A stretch of DNA of 52,463 bases from an uncultured Synergistaceae bacterium (GCA_964575405.1 CAZNRB010000001.1:1-52463); one strand, 5' to 3'. Shown: positions 18,514-29,539, counted from the stretch's first letter. Notes: generated from the letters alone by a model not told the origin. A program made the numbers and translations.

Positions 18514-19425
18514 ATGGCCGCCTTTGCACAGGAAATCTTTCTGGAAACTCTCCAGGGTTACCAGAATTGCTTTAACGCCTACTTAGATACGTTCTGCACT
18601 GCTCGCCCTGATGCTATTCCTGCCCGCATTTGGGATTCTATGGTGTATTCCCTTCAAGCTGGGGGAAAGCGGATAAGGCCGGTGCTTACTATGGCCTGCG
18701 CTGAACTTTTCGGTGAAGACCGGCGAAAAGTTTTGCCCATAGCTTTAGCCTTTGAAATGGTCCATACCGCATCGCTAATCCACGATGACTTGCCATGTAT
18801 GGACGACGACCGTCTGCGCCGCGGGAAACCTACGAATCACGTGGTTTTCGGCGAAGCCCTGGCCTTGCTCGCTGGCGATGCTTTATTTTTGTATTCCTTT
18901 GAAACAGCATTGAGGGGCCTTAGGGCTCAGGGCTTCGAAAGCGAGCTTTGCCTGGAAGCAGTGGCCTATTTTTCGGAGGCCCTAGGCCCTGGAGGAATTT
19001 GTGGCGGCCAGGTACTGGACAGCGATCCCCAAAGCCAATCAGATGAAGATGACTTTGTGCTTCAAATCGCCTCGATGAAAACCATGGTGCTCATCCAGGC
19101 TGCCGTAGTATCGGGGGCAATTCTTGGCGGAGCTCTGCCGGCGGATCGTCTGGCCCTTGAAGAATATGGCCGTTATGTGGGCATAGCCTTTCAAATTGCC
19201 GACGATCTTTTGGATCAGGTCGGTTCTCAGGAAGAGATCGGAAAGACCTTGGGCAAAGACGAGAAACAGGAAAAGCGCACTTTTGTCAGAGCCTACGGCA
19301 TAGAAGGTGCCCGAAAATTGCTCAAAGAATACACAGCTGAGGCGCAAAAAATTATGTCCCCCTATGGAGCAAGGGGGCGTTTTCTCGTGGATCTGGCCCA
19401 GTACCTTGAGTTCAGGAGCCATTAG
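18514..19425 (+). CDS. ispA: Polyprenyl (farnesyl/geranylgeranyl) diphosphate synthase
   Basis: First and second Asp-rich motifs LIHDDLPCMDDDRLRRG and FQIADDLLD. ATG 18514 lies 8 nt after GAGGAG. Confidence 0.88.
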   Translation: MAAFAQEIFLETLQGYQNCFNAYLDTFCTARPDAIPARIWDSMVYSLQAGGKRIRPVLTMACAELFGEDRRKVLPIALAFEMVHTASLIHDDLPCMDDDRLRRGKPTNHVVFGEALALLAGDALFLYSFETALRGLRAQGFESELCLEAVAYFSEALGPGGICGGQVLDSDPQSQSDEDDFVLQIASMKTMVLIQAAVVSGAILGGALPADRLALEEYGRYVGIAFQIADDLLDQVGSQEEIGKTLGKDEKQEKRTFVRAYGIEGARKLLKEYTAEAQKIMSPYGARGRFLVDLAQYLEFRSH

Positions 19426-19428
19426 GCC

Positions 19429-21261
19429 ATGTCTCTTTTGGAAAAGATCAACTCGCCGGAGGATGTTAAAAAGCTTTCTGAGGACCAACTTCCCAAGCTA
19501 TGTGGCGAAATACGCGATCAAATTATCGCAGTGACCTCTAAAAACGGCGGTCACCTGGCGTCGTCCCTTGGAGCCGTGGAGTTGATCGTTGCGTTGCTTC
19601 GCCAATATGACTTGGAGGGCGGCGATAAAATTATTTTCGACGTGGGCCATCAGGCTTACGCCTATAAACTTCTTACGGGCCGCCGCGATCGCTTCAACAG
19701 GCTGCGCACCGAAGGAGGAATTAGCGGATTTCTTAAAAGGAGCGAGAGCAGTTACGATTTTTTCGGTGCTGGCCACAGCAGCACCTCTTTATCTGCCGCT
19801 TTGGGGTATGCCGTTGCGCGTGACCTAGAACAGGGGAAAAATCATGTCCTGGCAGTGATCGGCGACGGGGCTATCATGAACGGAATGGCCTTGGAAGCTC
19901 TCAATCATGCAGGGACTTTAAAAAGTCCGGTGACCTTTATATTAAACGATAACGGCATAGCAATCAGTCCTCGAGTCGGCGGAATGGCAATTCATCTGGC
20001 CCAGCTCAGTACCTCGGGCTTCTATAGGAAGTTTAAAAAACTGCTGAAAAAGCTCTGCCGCCGCTTTTCTAACGAGGAGAAGATTATCGAGAACCTAGAA
20101 GGCATCAAAAGAAATATAAAACAGCTTATCAGTTATTCTAATATGTTCGACGACATGGGCTTGACCTACTGGGGGCCCTTTGACGGCCATAACCTGGCGG
20201 AGTTGGAGCAGGCCTTTGCTCTAGCCAAGCAATACGATCACCCACTGCTGATCCATGTGATCACCCAAAAAGGCAAGGGATATGCGGACGCAGAGAATAA
20301 TCCCGTAAAGTATCACGGCCTTTCGCCCATGGAAAAGAAAAAGGGAGAGAAAAGTTGGAGTCAAGCCGCCGCCACTGTCCTGGAGGACATGGCGGAAAAG
20401 GATCGCCGCCTCTTGGTCATGACGCCGGCCATGTGTGAAGGCAGCGCTCTTGGAAATTTTGCGAAAAAATTCCCTGATCGGTTTTTCGATGTGGGAATTG
20501 CGGAAGAGCACATGATGACCTTTGCCGCCGGCCTGGCAGCCGGGGGCATGCGCCCAGTGGCATGCTTCTATTCGACCTTTCTCCAGCGTGCCATGGACCA
20601 ACTGGTTCACGATATATGTATCCAAAACCTTCCTGTGATTATAGCGGTAGATCGTGCTGGCTTAGTGGGAGAAGACGGTGAGACCCATCAGGGGCTTTTC
20701 GAGCTCAACTGGTGCAGCGTAGCGCCAAATTTAAAAATTTGGTCGCCATCCGATCAGATATCGTTGGAACGATGTTTCCGAGAAGCTATGCTATGGAACG
20801 GCCCCTCTATGATTCGCTATCCTCGCGGAGAAATCTGCCAGAATTTGCTTGGACCTTGGCGATCATCGGGAAGCCTTCACCGTTCTGCAGTTGCGTCGTC
20901 TTGGACTGTGATCGCCCAAGGACCGGCTTTTGAGTTGGCTCAACAGGCCCAAATCTTGGCAAAGCAGAGAAAAATAGAGGTTCCAGAGTTGATATGCCTC
21001 GAGCAATTATCGCCAATCCCTTGGGATGAACTGAAGCCCCTATTGGAAAATCGCCGTTTAGTGGTCACTGTCGAGGAGAATTACCTCCTCGGCGGCATGG
21101 GGGAGCGCATCGGAGCCATGGTCGCGTCAGTGGAAAGGGCTTGTCAAGTGAAATCCATCGGCGTGGACCGGTCTTTCGTCGCACCGGGAACGCCGGAACA
21201 GCAACGGCAACGCTATGGCCTGACGGCAGAAAGAATTTTAGAATGCTATGAGAGAAAATAG
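19429..21261 (+). CDS. dxs: 1-deoxy-D-xylulose-5-phosphate synthase
   Basis: GGHLASSLG, DVGHQAY, TPP motif GDGAIMNGMALEALN and transketolase-like C-terminal domains. Confidence 0.97.
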   Translation: MSLLEKINSPEDVKKLSEDQLPKLCGEIRDQIIAVTSKNGGHLASSLGAVELIVALLRQYDLEGGDKIIFDVGHQAYAYKLLTGRRDRFNRLRTEGGISGFLKRSESSYDFFGAGHSSTSLSAALGYAVARDLEQGKNHVLAVIGDGAIMNGMALEALNHAGTLKSPVTFILNDNGIAISPRVGGMAIHLAQLSTSGFYRKFKKLLKKLCRRFSNEEKIIENLEGIKRNIKQLISYSNMFDDMGLTYWGPFDGHNLAELEQAFALAKQYDHPLLIHVITQKGKGYADAENNPVKYHGLSPMEKKKGEKSWSQAAATVLEDMAEKDRRLLVMTPAMCEGSALGNFAKKFPDRFFDVGIAEEHMMTFAAGLAAGGMRPVACFYSTFLQRAMDQLVHDICIQNLPVIIAVDRAGLVGEDGETHQGLFELNWCSVAPNLKIWSPSDQISLERCFREAMLWNGPSMIRYPRGEICQNLLGPWRSSGSLHRSAVASSWTVIAQGPAFELAQQAQILAKQRKIEVPELICLEQLSPIPWDELKPLLENRRLVVTVEENYLLGGMGERIGAMVASVERACQVKSIGVDRSFVAPGTPEQQRQRYGLTAERILECYERK

Positions 21262-22078
21262 AAAAATCCGGCTGGATCAGCTGCTTCTCCTGCGCGGAAT
21301 AGCCGATTCTATCGAAAAAGCTCAGGCCATGATCCTTAAAGGACATGTACTGGTCGAAGACAAACCGTCAGAAAAGGCCGGGACCTCCTTTTCAAAGGAT
21401 GTGGAGATCAGGATTCGCAAGCCTGAGCGTCAATGGGCCAGCCGGGGAGCCTATAAGCTTTTGTCGGCTATTCAGCATTTCGATCTCTCCTTGATGGGGA
21501 AGGTATGCCTCGATGTGGGGGCCTCTACTGGAGGATTTACTGACGTTATGCTGAGCCACGGAGCTGAAAGAGTCTATGCCCTAGACGTCGCCTACGGACA
21601 GCTGGCCTGGGAACTCCGCCAAAACCCTAAAGTAGTGGTGATGGAGCGTCAGAATGCTCGTCATATCACTTCAGCTATGTTCAATCCCCGGCCGCTTTTT
21701 GCCGCTAGCGATGCGTCCTTTATTTCACTGAAACTGCTGCTGAGGCCTATATCGGAGGTCCTTGAGGAAGGCGGCGAAGCAGTGGTGCTGGTGAAGCCGC
21801 AATTCGAAGCCCCTCAGGGACATGTCTCTAAGGGGGGAGTAGTGGCAGATCCTAAAGCACATTGGGAGGTCTTGGAAGACTTGGCCCAGTTCATAGAAAA
21901 ACGCAGCGCCTTTGGATTGATCGGGGCTACCTATTCGAACATACGAGGGCCTAAAGGAAACATAGAGTTTCTTTATCATCTACGAAAAGACGCCGAAAGC
22001 CAAAAACTGGACCTGCGGTCTTTGATACTCAACGCCCATAGAACTCTTATAGGACATGAGGTGGAGCTAACGCCATGA
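21248..22078 (+). CDS. tlyA: TlyA-family 16S/23S rRNA (cytidine-2'-O)-methyltransferase
   Basis: N-terminal S4-like RLDQLLLLRGIA, SRGAYKL and SAM motif LDVGASTGGFTD. Confidence 0.88.
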   Translation: MRENRKIRLDQLLLLRGIADSIEKAQAMILKGHVLVEDKPSEKAGTSFSKDVEIRIRKPERQWASRGAYKLLSAIQHFDLSLMGKVCLDVGASTGGFTDVMLSHGAERVYALDVAYGQLAWELRQNPKVVVMERQNARHITSAMFNPRPLFAASDASFISLKLLLRPISEVLEEGGEAVVLVKPQFEAPQGHVSKGGVVADPKAHWEVLEDLAQFIEKRSAFGLIGATYSNIRGPKGNIEFLYHLRKDAESQKLDLRSLILNAHRTLIGHEVELTP

Positions 22079-22953
22079 ATATCGGTCTGCTCATGAACCG
22101 AGAAAAAAAGGAGGCCCAGGACTTCGCGGCAGAACTGCTGCGATGGTCCGAAGATGAGGGCTTCTCCTTTTGGGTTCCTGATTTTGACGCCGATACTTTG
22201 AGGACCCCTGGGAGGACAGTAGAGCAGTGGCTCCAGAACGTTGACACAGCCCTGGTGGTCGGCGGCGACGGGACTTTTCTTAGAGCCGCTCGATTCGTTC
22301 AAGGGACAGAAATCGCTCTTTTTGGCGTTAATCTCGGCCACCTGGGCTTTTTAGCCACAGGGCAGCCCGAGCGGGCAAAGGAAGAAATTCTCCAGATCCG
22401 CAACGGAGATTTCACGGTTCAGAGAAGGCAGCTCCTTGAGGGGACCTTGATAGGACAGGAAAAGGAAAGAATTTTTTTTGCCCTAAACGACCTGGTGCTC
22501 TCCAAGGGCCCCCTTGCTAAGCTGATTTCTGTCGAGGTGGAGGTCGACAACAGGCCCATGTGCGAGTACCGCGCCGATGGACTCATAGTGTCCACCCCCA
22601 CAGGTTCCACTGCCTACGCTTTATCAGCAGGCGGGCCCATCGTGCCGCCCCACGTGCCCTGTATGATTCTCGCGCCGATTTGTGCCCACAGCCTTTACAG
22701 CCGTCCGATCATCTTCGGACCTGGCGACCGCTTGACACTAAAACCTCGCAGAGACAACGATGACGTCTATCTCACCGTGGATGGTCAGGAGGTGTATGCG
22801 GTGGAGACCGATCAAAAAATGGAGGTACGGCTTTCCATGGAGCGCCATATTAACGTGGTAGCTCTGCCTCAATTGGACTACTTCGATCTCTTACACCAGA
22901 AATTAATGTGGGGATTTAATCCAACAGCTAGCAGAGAGGCCCGCCATGCTTGA
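22075..22953 (+). CDS. nadK: NAD kinase
   Basis: GGDGTFL, NLGHLGFL and STPTGSTAYALSAGGP motifs. ATGA overlap with tlyA. Confidence 0.92.
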   Translation: MNIGLLMNREKKEAQDFAAELLRWSEDEGFSFWVPDFDADTLRTPGRTVEQWLQNVDTALVVGGDGTFLRAARFVQGTEIALFGVNLGHLGFLATGQPERAKEEILQIRNGDFTVQRRQLLEGTLIGQEKERIFFALNDLVLSKGPLAKLISVEVEVDNRPMCEYRADGLIVSTPTGSTAYALSAGGPIVPPHVPCMILAPICAHSLYSRPIIFGPGDRLTLKPRRDNDDVYLTVDGQEVYAVETDQKMEVRLSMERHINVVALPQLDYFDLLHQKLMWGFNPTASREARHA

Positions 22954-24643
22954 AGAACTGTGGTTAAAATCGGTGGGAGGAGTCGATCAGGCCAGACTGC
23001 ATTTCTCGCCTGGGCTCACGGTTATTACAGGCGAAAGCGGAGCCGGAAAGAGCAGTCTCGTTCGGGCCCTGGAGCTGATAAGCGGAAAACGAGCTCAGAG
23101 CGCTGTAATCCGTGGAGGCGACGAAGAGGCATCAGTCGAAGCCTTCTTCCTCGTGGCAGGTCTTTTTTCGGATGTGGAAGAGGTCTTTCAGCCCCAGGAA
23201 GGATCCTTCTGCGTGCGCCGGGAGTTATCCAGAACTGGACGGGGAAAGGCCTTTATTCAGGGAACGCCCGTACCCTTAAATCGGATAGCAGAGATGACCT
23301 CGGGGTTAATTTCTATACAAAGCCAATTTGCGCAGTTGGAGCTTCTCTCTACGGAGCAGCAGCTTCGAATCATGGATGGCTGCGGCGGCGTGGAGCTATT
23401 AGAGACCCGAAGGAAGTTAGAGGAGTTGTTTTACAGCATTATCTCTGATGAGCGGGATTTGAGGCAGATTCGCCAGCGGGAACAGCAGATCCTGGAGAGT
23501 TACGGCCAAGCTGATGAGCTCGCTCAATTCCTTAATCGCTCCAGCCTAGTCCCTGAAAGCGAAAGCCTGCTTTCCAAAGAATATGCCCAGACCGACGAAG
23601 CCCTACGACGCTGTCGAGAATTGCGGCATCGCTTCAGACTGCTCCAAGATCCAGAGACGGGCGGTCTGATCAGAGATATTAGGGGCCTTTTGGAAGGATT
23701 AAGCGATCTGCTCCCCCAGGAGTACCGAGAAACGGTCGAGGAAAAATCCGAAAAGCTGTGCGACTTTTTGGACGAGCTTGCGGAGCTTTTGGGAAATGCG
23801 GCTCCTAAGGAATATCTGTCCGAGCTGGAGGCCGAGCTGGAGCGCATCGAGTCCCTGCTGGGGCGGATTCGCAAATTCAAGCGAATGGTGGGCGTCGAAT
23901 CCCTAGCGGGGTTATTCGAGTTTTCAGGAAAAGCCGAAGTGGAACTGCAATGGTTAGAGTCTTCCAAAGAACGGCAACAGCAACTCAGCTTGAGAATCGC
24001 CGAAACTAGACGCGAAGCCGCGCGGGAAGCTAAGCGTCTCCGAGAGCTCCGTCTAGAGGCCGCAGAGGAGCTACAAAAAACCGTCACAGCCCATCTAGCT
24101 GATCTAGCGATGGAGCGAAGCCGGTTTATCGTCAAAATAACCGAGAGCAATAAACTTCGGGCCAGCGGAGCAGAGCAGGTTGAGTTTCTACTGGAACGAG
24201 GGGACAACATGCCCCTTCCAGTGGCAAAGGCGGCCTCCGGCGGTGAGCTTAGCCGCATTCTTTTGGCGCTACAGCTCTCCCTTCCCGCGGAATTGATGCC
24301 CTCCACCGTAGTTTTCGATGAAGTAGAAGCAGGGCTAGGGGGCCGCGCTGCTTATCTGACCGGCCTGAAACTTCGCCTACTAGCCGATAAAATTCAGGTC
24401 TTGCTGATAACCCACGAAGCGACCATTGCGGCAATGGGCGATCAGCACTATTTGGTGGAACGCAAGGGTGCTCTTTCTTCTATCCGTAAATTGGAGAAAG
24501 AAGAACGGATTCAAGAGTTGGCCAGAATGCTTTCCGGTGACCCTTCCAGCGAAAAAGCTCTCAGCCATGCCCAACAGCTTCTGGACCGCGGAAACAGCGG
24601 AGAGGACCTTTTCGCCGTTGACGAAGCCAGTAAAAACAATTAA
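22946..24643 (+). CDS. recN: DNA repair protein RecN
   Basis: SMC-like protein: N-terminal Walker A GESGAGKS, long coiled-coil middle, C-terminal signature ASGGELSRILLAL and Walker B VVFDEVEAG. Confidence 0.93.
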   Translation: MLEELWLKSVGGVDQARLHFSPGLTVITGESGAGKSSLVRALELISGKRAQSAVIRGGDEEASVEAFFLVAGLFSDVEEVFQPQEGSFCVRRELSRTGRGKAFIQGTPVPLNRIAEMTSGLISIQSQFAQLELLSTEQQLRIMDGCGGVELLETRRKLEELFYSIISDERDLRQIRQREQQILESYGQADELAQFLNRSSLVPESESLLSKEYAQTDEALRRCRELRHRFRLLQDPETGGLIRDIRGLLEGLSDLLPQEYRETVEEKSEKLCDFLDELAELLGNAAPKEYLSELEAELERIESLLGRIRKFKRMVGVESLAGLFEFSGKAEVELQWLESSKERQQQLSLRIAETRREAAREAKRLRELRLEAAEELQKTVTAHLADLAMERSRFIVKITESNKLRASGAEQVEFLLERGDNMPLPVAKAASGGELSRILLALQLSLPAELMPSTVVFDEVEAGLGGRAAYLTGLKLRLLADKIQVLLITHEATIAAMGDQHYLVERKGALSSIRKLEKEERIQELARMLSGDPSSEKALSHAQQLLDRGNSGEDLFAVDEASKNN

Positions 24644-24721
24644 AATGTGCGAGATAAAACCGCATGGGACGGGTTTAAGAGCTTTGGCCGCCCGGATCCA
24701 GCGAGAGGAGGAAATATAAGT

Positions 24722-25033
24722 ATGTACGCAATTATCGAAACCGGTGGTAAGCAGTACCGCGTAGCTCCTGGCGAAAAGGTCCGAGTCGAGAAGCTGGGAG
24801 TCGATGTCGGCGCTCAGGTGACCTTTGACAAGGTTCTAATGGTCTGCGATGGAGAGAAAACCACTGTTGGTGCACCTCTGGTAGAAGGAGCCACCGTTTC
24901 CGCCACGGTGACTGAGAACGGCAAAGCAAAAAAGGTTATCGTCTTCAAATACAAAAATAAGACCAATTACCGCCGTTTCCGCGGTCATCGTCAGCCCTAT
25001 TCCTTGGTGACCATCGACTCCATCAATCTTTGA
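24722..25033 (+). CDS. rplU: 50S ribosomal protein L21
   Basis: [15 protein letters not shown]-terminus. GAGAGGAGGA RBS upstream of ATG 24722. The track's longer ORF has no support. Confidence 0.95.
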   Translation: MYAIIETGGKQYRVAPGEKVRVEKLGVDVGAQVTFDKVLMVCDGEKTTVGAPLVEGATVSATVTENGKAKKVIVFKYKNKTNYRRFRGHRQPYSLVTIDSINL

Positions 25034-25040
25034 TCCCTCG

Positions 25041-25373
25041 TTGACTCAAATAAAGGTATTTTTCTGCGACGGAGCCCCTAAAGGGCTGTTGGTCCAGGGG
25101 CACAGTGGCTATGGTCAGGAAGGCTCTGACGTGGTTTGCGCTGCTGTAAGCGTTTTGGTGCAGACCCTTTTTATCGGCCTCGTGGATGTGTTACATCTGG
25201 CCGTAGAACAGCGGGTTGACGAAGATCAGGCTTTGATTGAGCTTAAGTGGGACCATAGGAGCAGTAGAGAATGTCACCTGTTGGTGGAGACGATCCTCAA
25301 GGCTTTGAAGGAAATTGCTTCTTCCTATAGGGATTACGTAAGTTATCTGGAGGTGTCCGATAATGCTGTTTAA
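25041..25373 (+). CDS. prp: Ribosomal-processing cysteine protease Prp
   Basis: GHSGY...[10 protein letters not shown] motifs (catalytic His/Cys) and the conserved position between rplU and rpmA. TTG start. Confidence 0.85.
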   Translation: MTQIKVFFCDGAPKGLLVQGHSGYGQEGSDVVCAAVSVLVQTLFIGLVDVLHLAVEQRVDEDQALIELKWDHRSSRECHLLVETILKALKEIASSYRDYVSYLEVSDNAV

Positions 25374-25653
25374 AGAGATGAATTTGCAGTTTTTTGCACA
25401 TAAAAAGGGCCAGGGCAACAGCACAAACGGCCGCGATTCTAACGCTCAGCGCCTGGGATTGAAGAAAAGCGACGGTTGCGTAGTAAAGGCCGGAAACATT
25501 TTGGTCCGTCAGCGCGGCACGAAGTTCTATCCCGGTCTGAACGTGGGACTTGGCAAGGACTACACCCTCTTCGCGCTCAAAGATGGCGTCGTTAAATTTG
25601 CCACCAAGGGCGGCAAAAAGGTCGTGCGTGTCGAAGAGACCGTGGTCGCCTAA
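25363..25653 (+). CDS. rpmA: 50S ribosomal protein L27 with N-terminal propeptide
   Basis: [21 protein letters not shown] core preceded by [11 protein letters not shown], the NLQFFA Prp-cleavage type motif. GGAGGTG RBS. Confidence 0.95.
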   Translation: MLFKEMNLQFFAHKKGQGNSTNGRDSNAQRLGLKKSDGCVVKAGNILVRQRGTKFYPGLNVGLGKDYTLFALKDGVVKFATKGGKKVVRVEETVVA

Positions 25654-25675
25654 GCAGGTCGTCGTAATTTTCTCT

Positions 25676-27026
<1,351 letters not shown>

Positions 27027-27029
27027 TCT

Positions 27030-27683
27030 ATGATTTTCGACGGCACCTTCAGGAAGCCCCTTGCGGCTTCCCTGCGCATTGGTATCATGGGGGGCACCTT
27101 TGATCCCATTCATTACGGCCATCTCTTAGCCGCCCAGGAAGCCCTTAAAGCCTTGGAATTGGACGAAGTGATCTTCGTACCTACTGGCAATTCCTATCAT
27201 AAAGCCTCACGAAGGGTGACGCCGCCCGAAGACCGCTATATGATGACCTTTTTGGCCACCCTGGATAATCCCAATTTTTCTGTATCGAGAATTGAGATCG
27301 ACCGAGAAGAGCCTAGCTATACGGTCGATAGCCTGCGGGAAATGGGATTTTGGTTCGCCGGAGAAGATTTTAAATTCTTCTTTATTACTGGCATCGATGC
27401 GGTCATGTCCATGAATACCTGGGCAGAATATGAAGAGCTTCCAAAGCTGTGCACTATTGTGGCTGCCAACCGTTCTGGCTATGACTTCGAACACTATCAG
27501 TTCGAAAACCTGCCGGAGGAAATGAAAAAAGCTGTGGTCCGATTGGACATCCCATTGCTTTCAATCTCCAGCACGGAAATACGCCACCGGGTGGCCATGG
27601 GAAAAAATATCCGCTATCTGGTTCCTTACCCGGTGGAGCAGTACATCAACAAACGAAAACTTTATCAAAACGAGAATCCATAA
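27030..27683 (+). CDS. nadD: Nicotinate-nucleotide adenylyltransferase
   Basis: GIMGGTFDPIHYGH (HxGH) and ISSTEIR motifs. Confidence 0.9.
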   Translation: MIFDGTFRKPLAASLRIGIMGGTFDPIHYGHLLAAQEALKALELDEVIFVPTGNSYHKASRRVTPPEDRYMMTFLATLDNPNFSVSRIEIDREEPSYTVDSLREMGFWFAGEDFKFFFITGIDAVMSMNTWAEYEELPKLCTIVAANRSGYDFEHYQFENLPEEMKKAVVRLDIPLLSISSTEIRHRVAMGKNIRYLVPYPVEQYINKRKLYQNENP

Positions 27684-27734
27684 TTGTATACCATAGTATC
27701 GAAGACGATTTTTAAGAAGGGTAGTGAGGTTTAG

Positions 27735-29015
27735 GTGAAACGGAAAAAGGGGGGGGGTCTGATAGCCCTTTTGATGGCCCTGACTGCGGTCTCAGTCGGT
27801 GCAGCCATACGAATCTATTCAATCACTCAAAAACCGCTTGTCCCGCCGTCTCTAGAGTTACCCCAGGAAGAATCGGGAGGACAGGAAATCCCGCCCTCGT
27901 TGAAACGCAACAGTCTAAATTTTTTGCTAATAGGTCTTGATGAAGTTGAATCAGTTAACCGAGCAGATTCGATCCTTTTTGTACGCCTTGACGTGGAGCA
28001 CAGGACCATCAAGGCCATGTCCATACCTCGGGACACCCGCGTGCAAATTCGTGGCCGCGGACAGGAAAAATTGAACCACGCCTATGCCTATGGGGGAATG
28101 AACCTCTTAAAGGAGACCGTGATCAATCTCACGGGAATGCCCATAGATTACTATGTGATTTTGAACTATAAGTCTTTCCCCCAAATTATCGATGCCGTAG
28201 GCGGTGTGACTTTGGATGTCCACAAGGCCATGAGATATACCGATAAAGCTCAAGGATTGTACATCAATATAGCCCCCGGAAAACAGCACATGGACGGCGA
28301 ACAGGCCCTGAAATTCGTGCGTTTCCGGATGGACGCCCTGGGCGACGTGGGGCGGATTCAGAGACAGCAGCAGTTTGCCAGGGCCTTTATAGACAAGGTC
28401 CTTTCACCGTCGATCATCCCTAGGCTCAAAGATCTGGCTGAGACTATTATCGCCATGATCCAAACCGACGTTTCTCTGGAAATGGGCCTGCAATTGGTGG
28501 TCTTTGCTGCGGGAATCAACAACAACGACGTGGAATTTTTCACAATGCCGGGAAGCGCCGCTTACATCAATCGCGTCAGCTACTGGATCCCCGATCTCCA
28601 AAAAATGGCTCAGCGATTCAACCCCGAGGCCGTTGCAACTTTAGCGGCGCCTTTGCCTGAATCATCTTCTGACGCCGAAGTGCTGAGCCTTGGCGCTCTA
28701 GATATCCATGGGCCTATTGCAGTGCTGAACGGCGAAGGGACTAGTGGATTGAGCGCGCAATTTTCCCAAATTTTTGAAAAGGCTGGGGTCGAAGTGGGCT
28801 ATATAGGGAATGCGCGGCATTTTGATTACCGCTACAGCGTGGTCTACTATCCAGAGGGGAAAAACTCCGAGGTGGCCAGGAGCCTAGCCGAACTTTGCGG
28901 CATTTCTCCTTCTTTGGTTCGCCCCGGCTCCTACAGTCAAGGGGCCACGTTGGTACTAGGCCACGATCACAAAAGAATCAGGGAAAGGCTGCTGTCCCTG
29001 CCCGTAGAAAATTAA
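27735..29015 (+). CDS. LytR-CpsA-Psr (LCP) family protein with a C-terminal LytR_C-like domain
   Basis: N-terminal KRKK plus TM anchor. LCP core NFLLIGLD...RADSILFVRLD...SIPRDT...LNHAYAYGG...IDYYV. GTG start 27735 after GTGAGG. Confidence 0.85.
   Translation: MKRKKGGGLIALLMALTAVSVGAAIRIYSITQKPLVPPSLELPQEESGGQEIPPSLKRNSLNFLLIGLDEVESVNRADSILFVRLDVEHRTIKAMSIPRDTRVQIRGRGQEKLNHAYAYGGMNLLKETVINLTGMPIDYYVILNYKSFPQIIDAVGGVTLDVHKAMRYTDKAQGLYINIAPGKQHMDGEQALKFVRFRMDALGDVGRIQRQQQFARAFIDKVLSPSIIPRLKDLAETIIAMIQTDVSLEMGLQLVVFAAGINNNDVEFFTMPGSAAYINRVSYWIPDLQKMAQRFNPEAVATLAAPLPESSSDAEVLSLGALDIHGPIAVLNGEGTSGLSAQFSQIFEKAGVEVGYIGNARHFDYRYSVVYYPEGKNSEVARSLAELCGISPSLVRPGSYSQGATLVLGHDHKRIRERLLSLPVEN
27749..27757 (+). 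repeat. G9 homopolymer (preceded by A5) within codons 5-8 of the LCP gene
   Basis: Direct reading: GTG AAA CGG AAA AAG GGG GGG GGT. Confidence 0.95.
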
Positions 29016-29042
29016 ATAAGCGGCAAAGAAAGGAGCTCTGTT

Positions 29043-29396
29043 ATGGACCAGAACACTCAGGCGATTATGGAGCAAGTCATCGAATCTTTAAGAAGCCACC
29101 GGGCAATGGACGTAAAGCTTCTGGACGTTTCTGCTGTTACTTCTTTGACCGAGGCTTTTATTTTGGCTACAGGAAATTCCGACGTTCATATGAGGACCCT
29201 TTGTGAGAGCGTGACGGAATGTCTTGAAAAAAAGGGCATCCAATACCAGGTAGAAGGCGAGCGAAGCACCCAATGGGCCCTTGTGGATACGCCGGACTTT
29301 ATTGTACACATCTTCGGCGCTAAAGCGAGAGAATTCTATAAATTGGACCGTATCTGGGGAGACGTGCCTACAAAAAGCTACGAAAATATCGATTAG
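29043..29396 (+). CDS. rsfS: Ribosome silencing factor RsfS (iojap-like)
   Basis: ~117 aa. Pattern D..LLDV......T..FILATG.S..H......V.......G...EG.....W.L.D..D..VH.F matches RsfS. AAAGGAG RBS. Confidence 0.9.
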   Translation: MDQNTQAIMEQVIESLRSHRAMDVKLLDVSAVTSLTEAFILATGNSDVHMRTLCESVTECLEKKGIQYQVEGERSTQWALVDTPDFIVHIFGAKAREFYKLDRIWGDVPTKSYENID

Positions 29397-29420
29397 CCCT
29401 CCTTTAGCCCTCCTTTTATG

Positions 29421-29460
29421 GAAGAAGCTCAGCGGAAAAGTCCTGCTGAGCTTCTTTTTA
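29421..29460 (+). terminator. Intrinsic terminator after rsfS, possibly bidirectional with tpiA
   Basis: Perfect 12-bp stem AAGAAGCTCAGC (29422-29433) / GCTGAGCTTCTT (29445-29456) followed by a T-run. A-rich on the 5' side. Confidence 0.85.
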
Positions 29461-29539
29461 GCTACTTTATTACGGCCCGTTTCATCCGTTCCATGTCCTA
29501 TAATGTATCTTATGTTGCATTATGACATAGGTTGCCTAA

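Noticed and set aside
24644-24721. Possible L21 ribosomal-protein leader or recN terminator in the 78-nt recN-rplU spacer (small hairpin AAACCG...CGGGTTT).
   Set aside because: The hairpin is short and imperfect and has no T-run. I cannot match it from memory to the known L21-leader structure. It needs a covariance-model search (Rfam RF00559).
29499-29504. A perfect TATAAT on the plus strand in the rsfS-tpiA convergent spacer, pointing antisense into tpiA, embedded in an imperfect AT-rich hairpin (CCTATAATG...CATTAT..ATAGG).
   Set aside because: There is no acceptable -35 or extended -10. It lies downstream of the rsfS terminator, and the hairpin is better explained as part of tpiA 3' end formation.
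29418-29522. A 34-codon plus-strand ORF (MEEAQRKSPAELLFSYF...) and other sub-60-aa frames in spacers, for example 21 codons at 6093 and 28 codons at 50262.
   Set aside because: No SD sequences are present. They run through terminator hairpins or are antisense to gene ends, and their lengths are within chance expectation.
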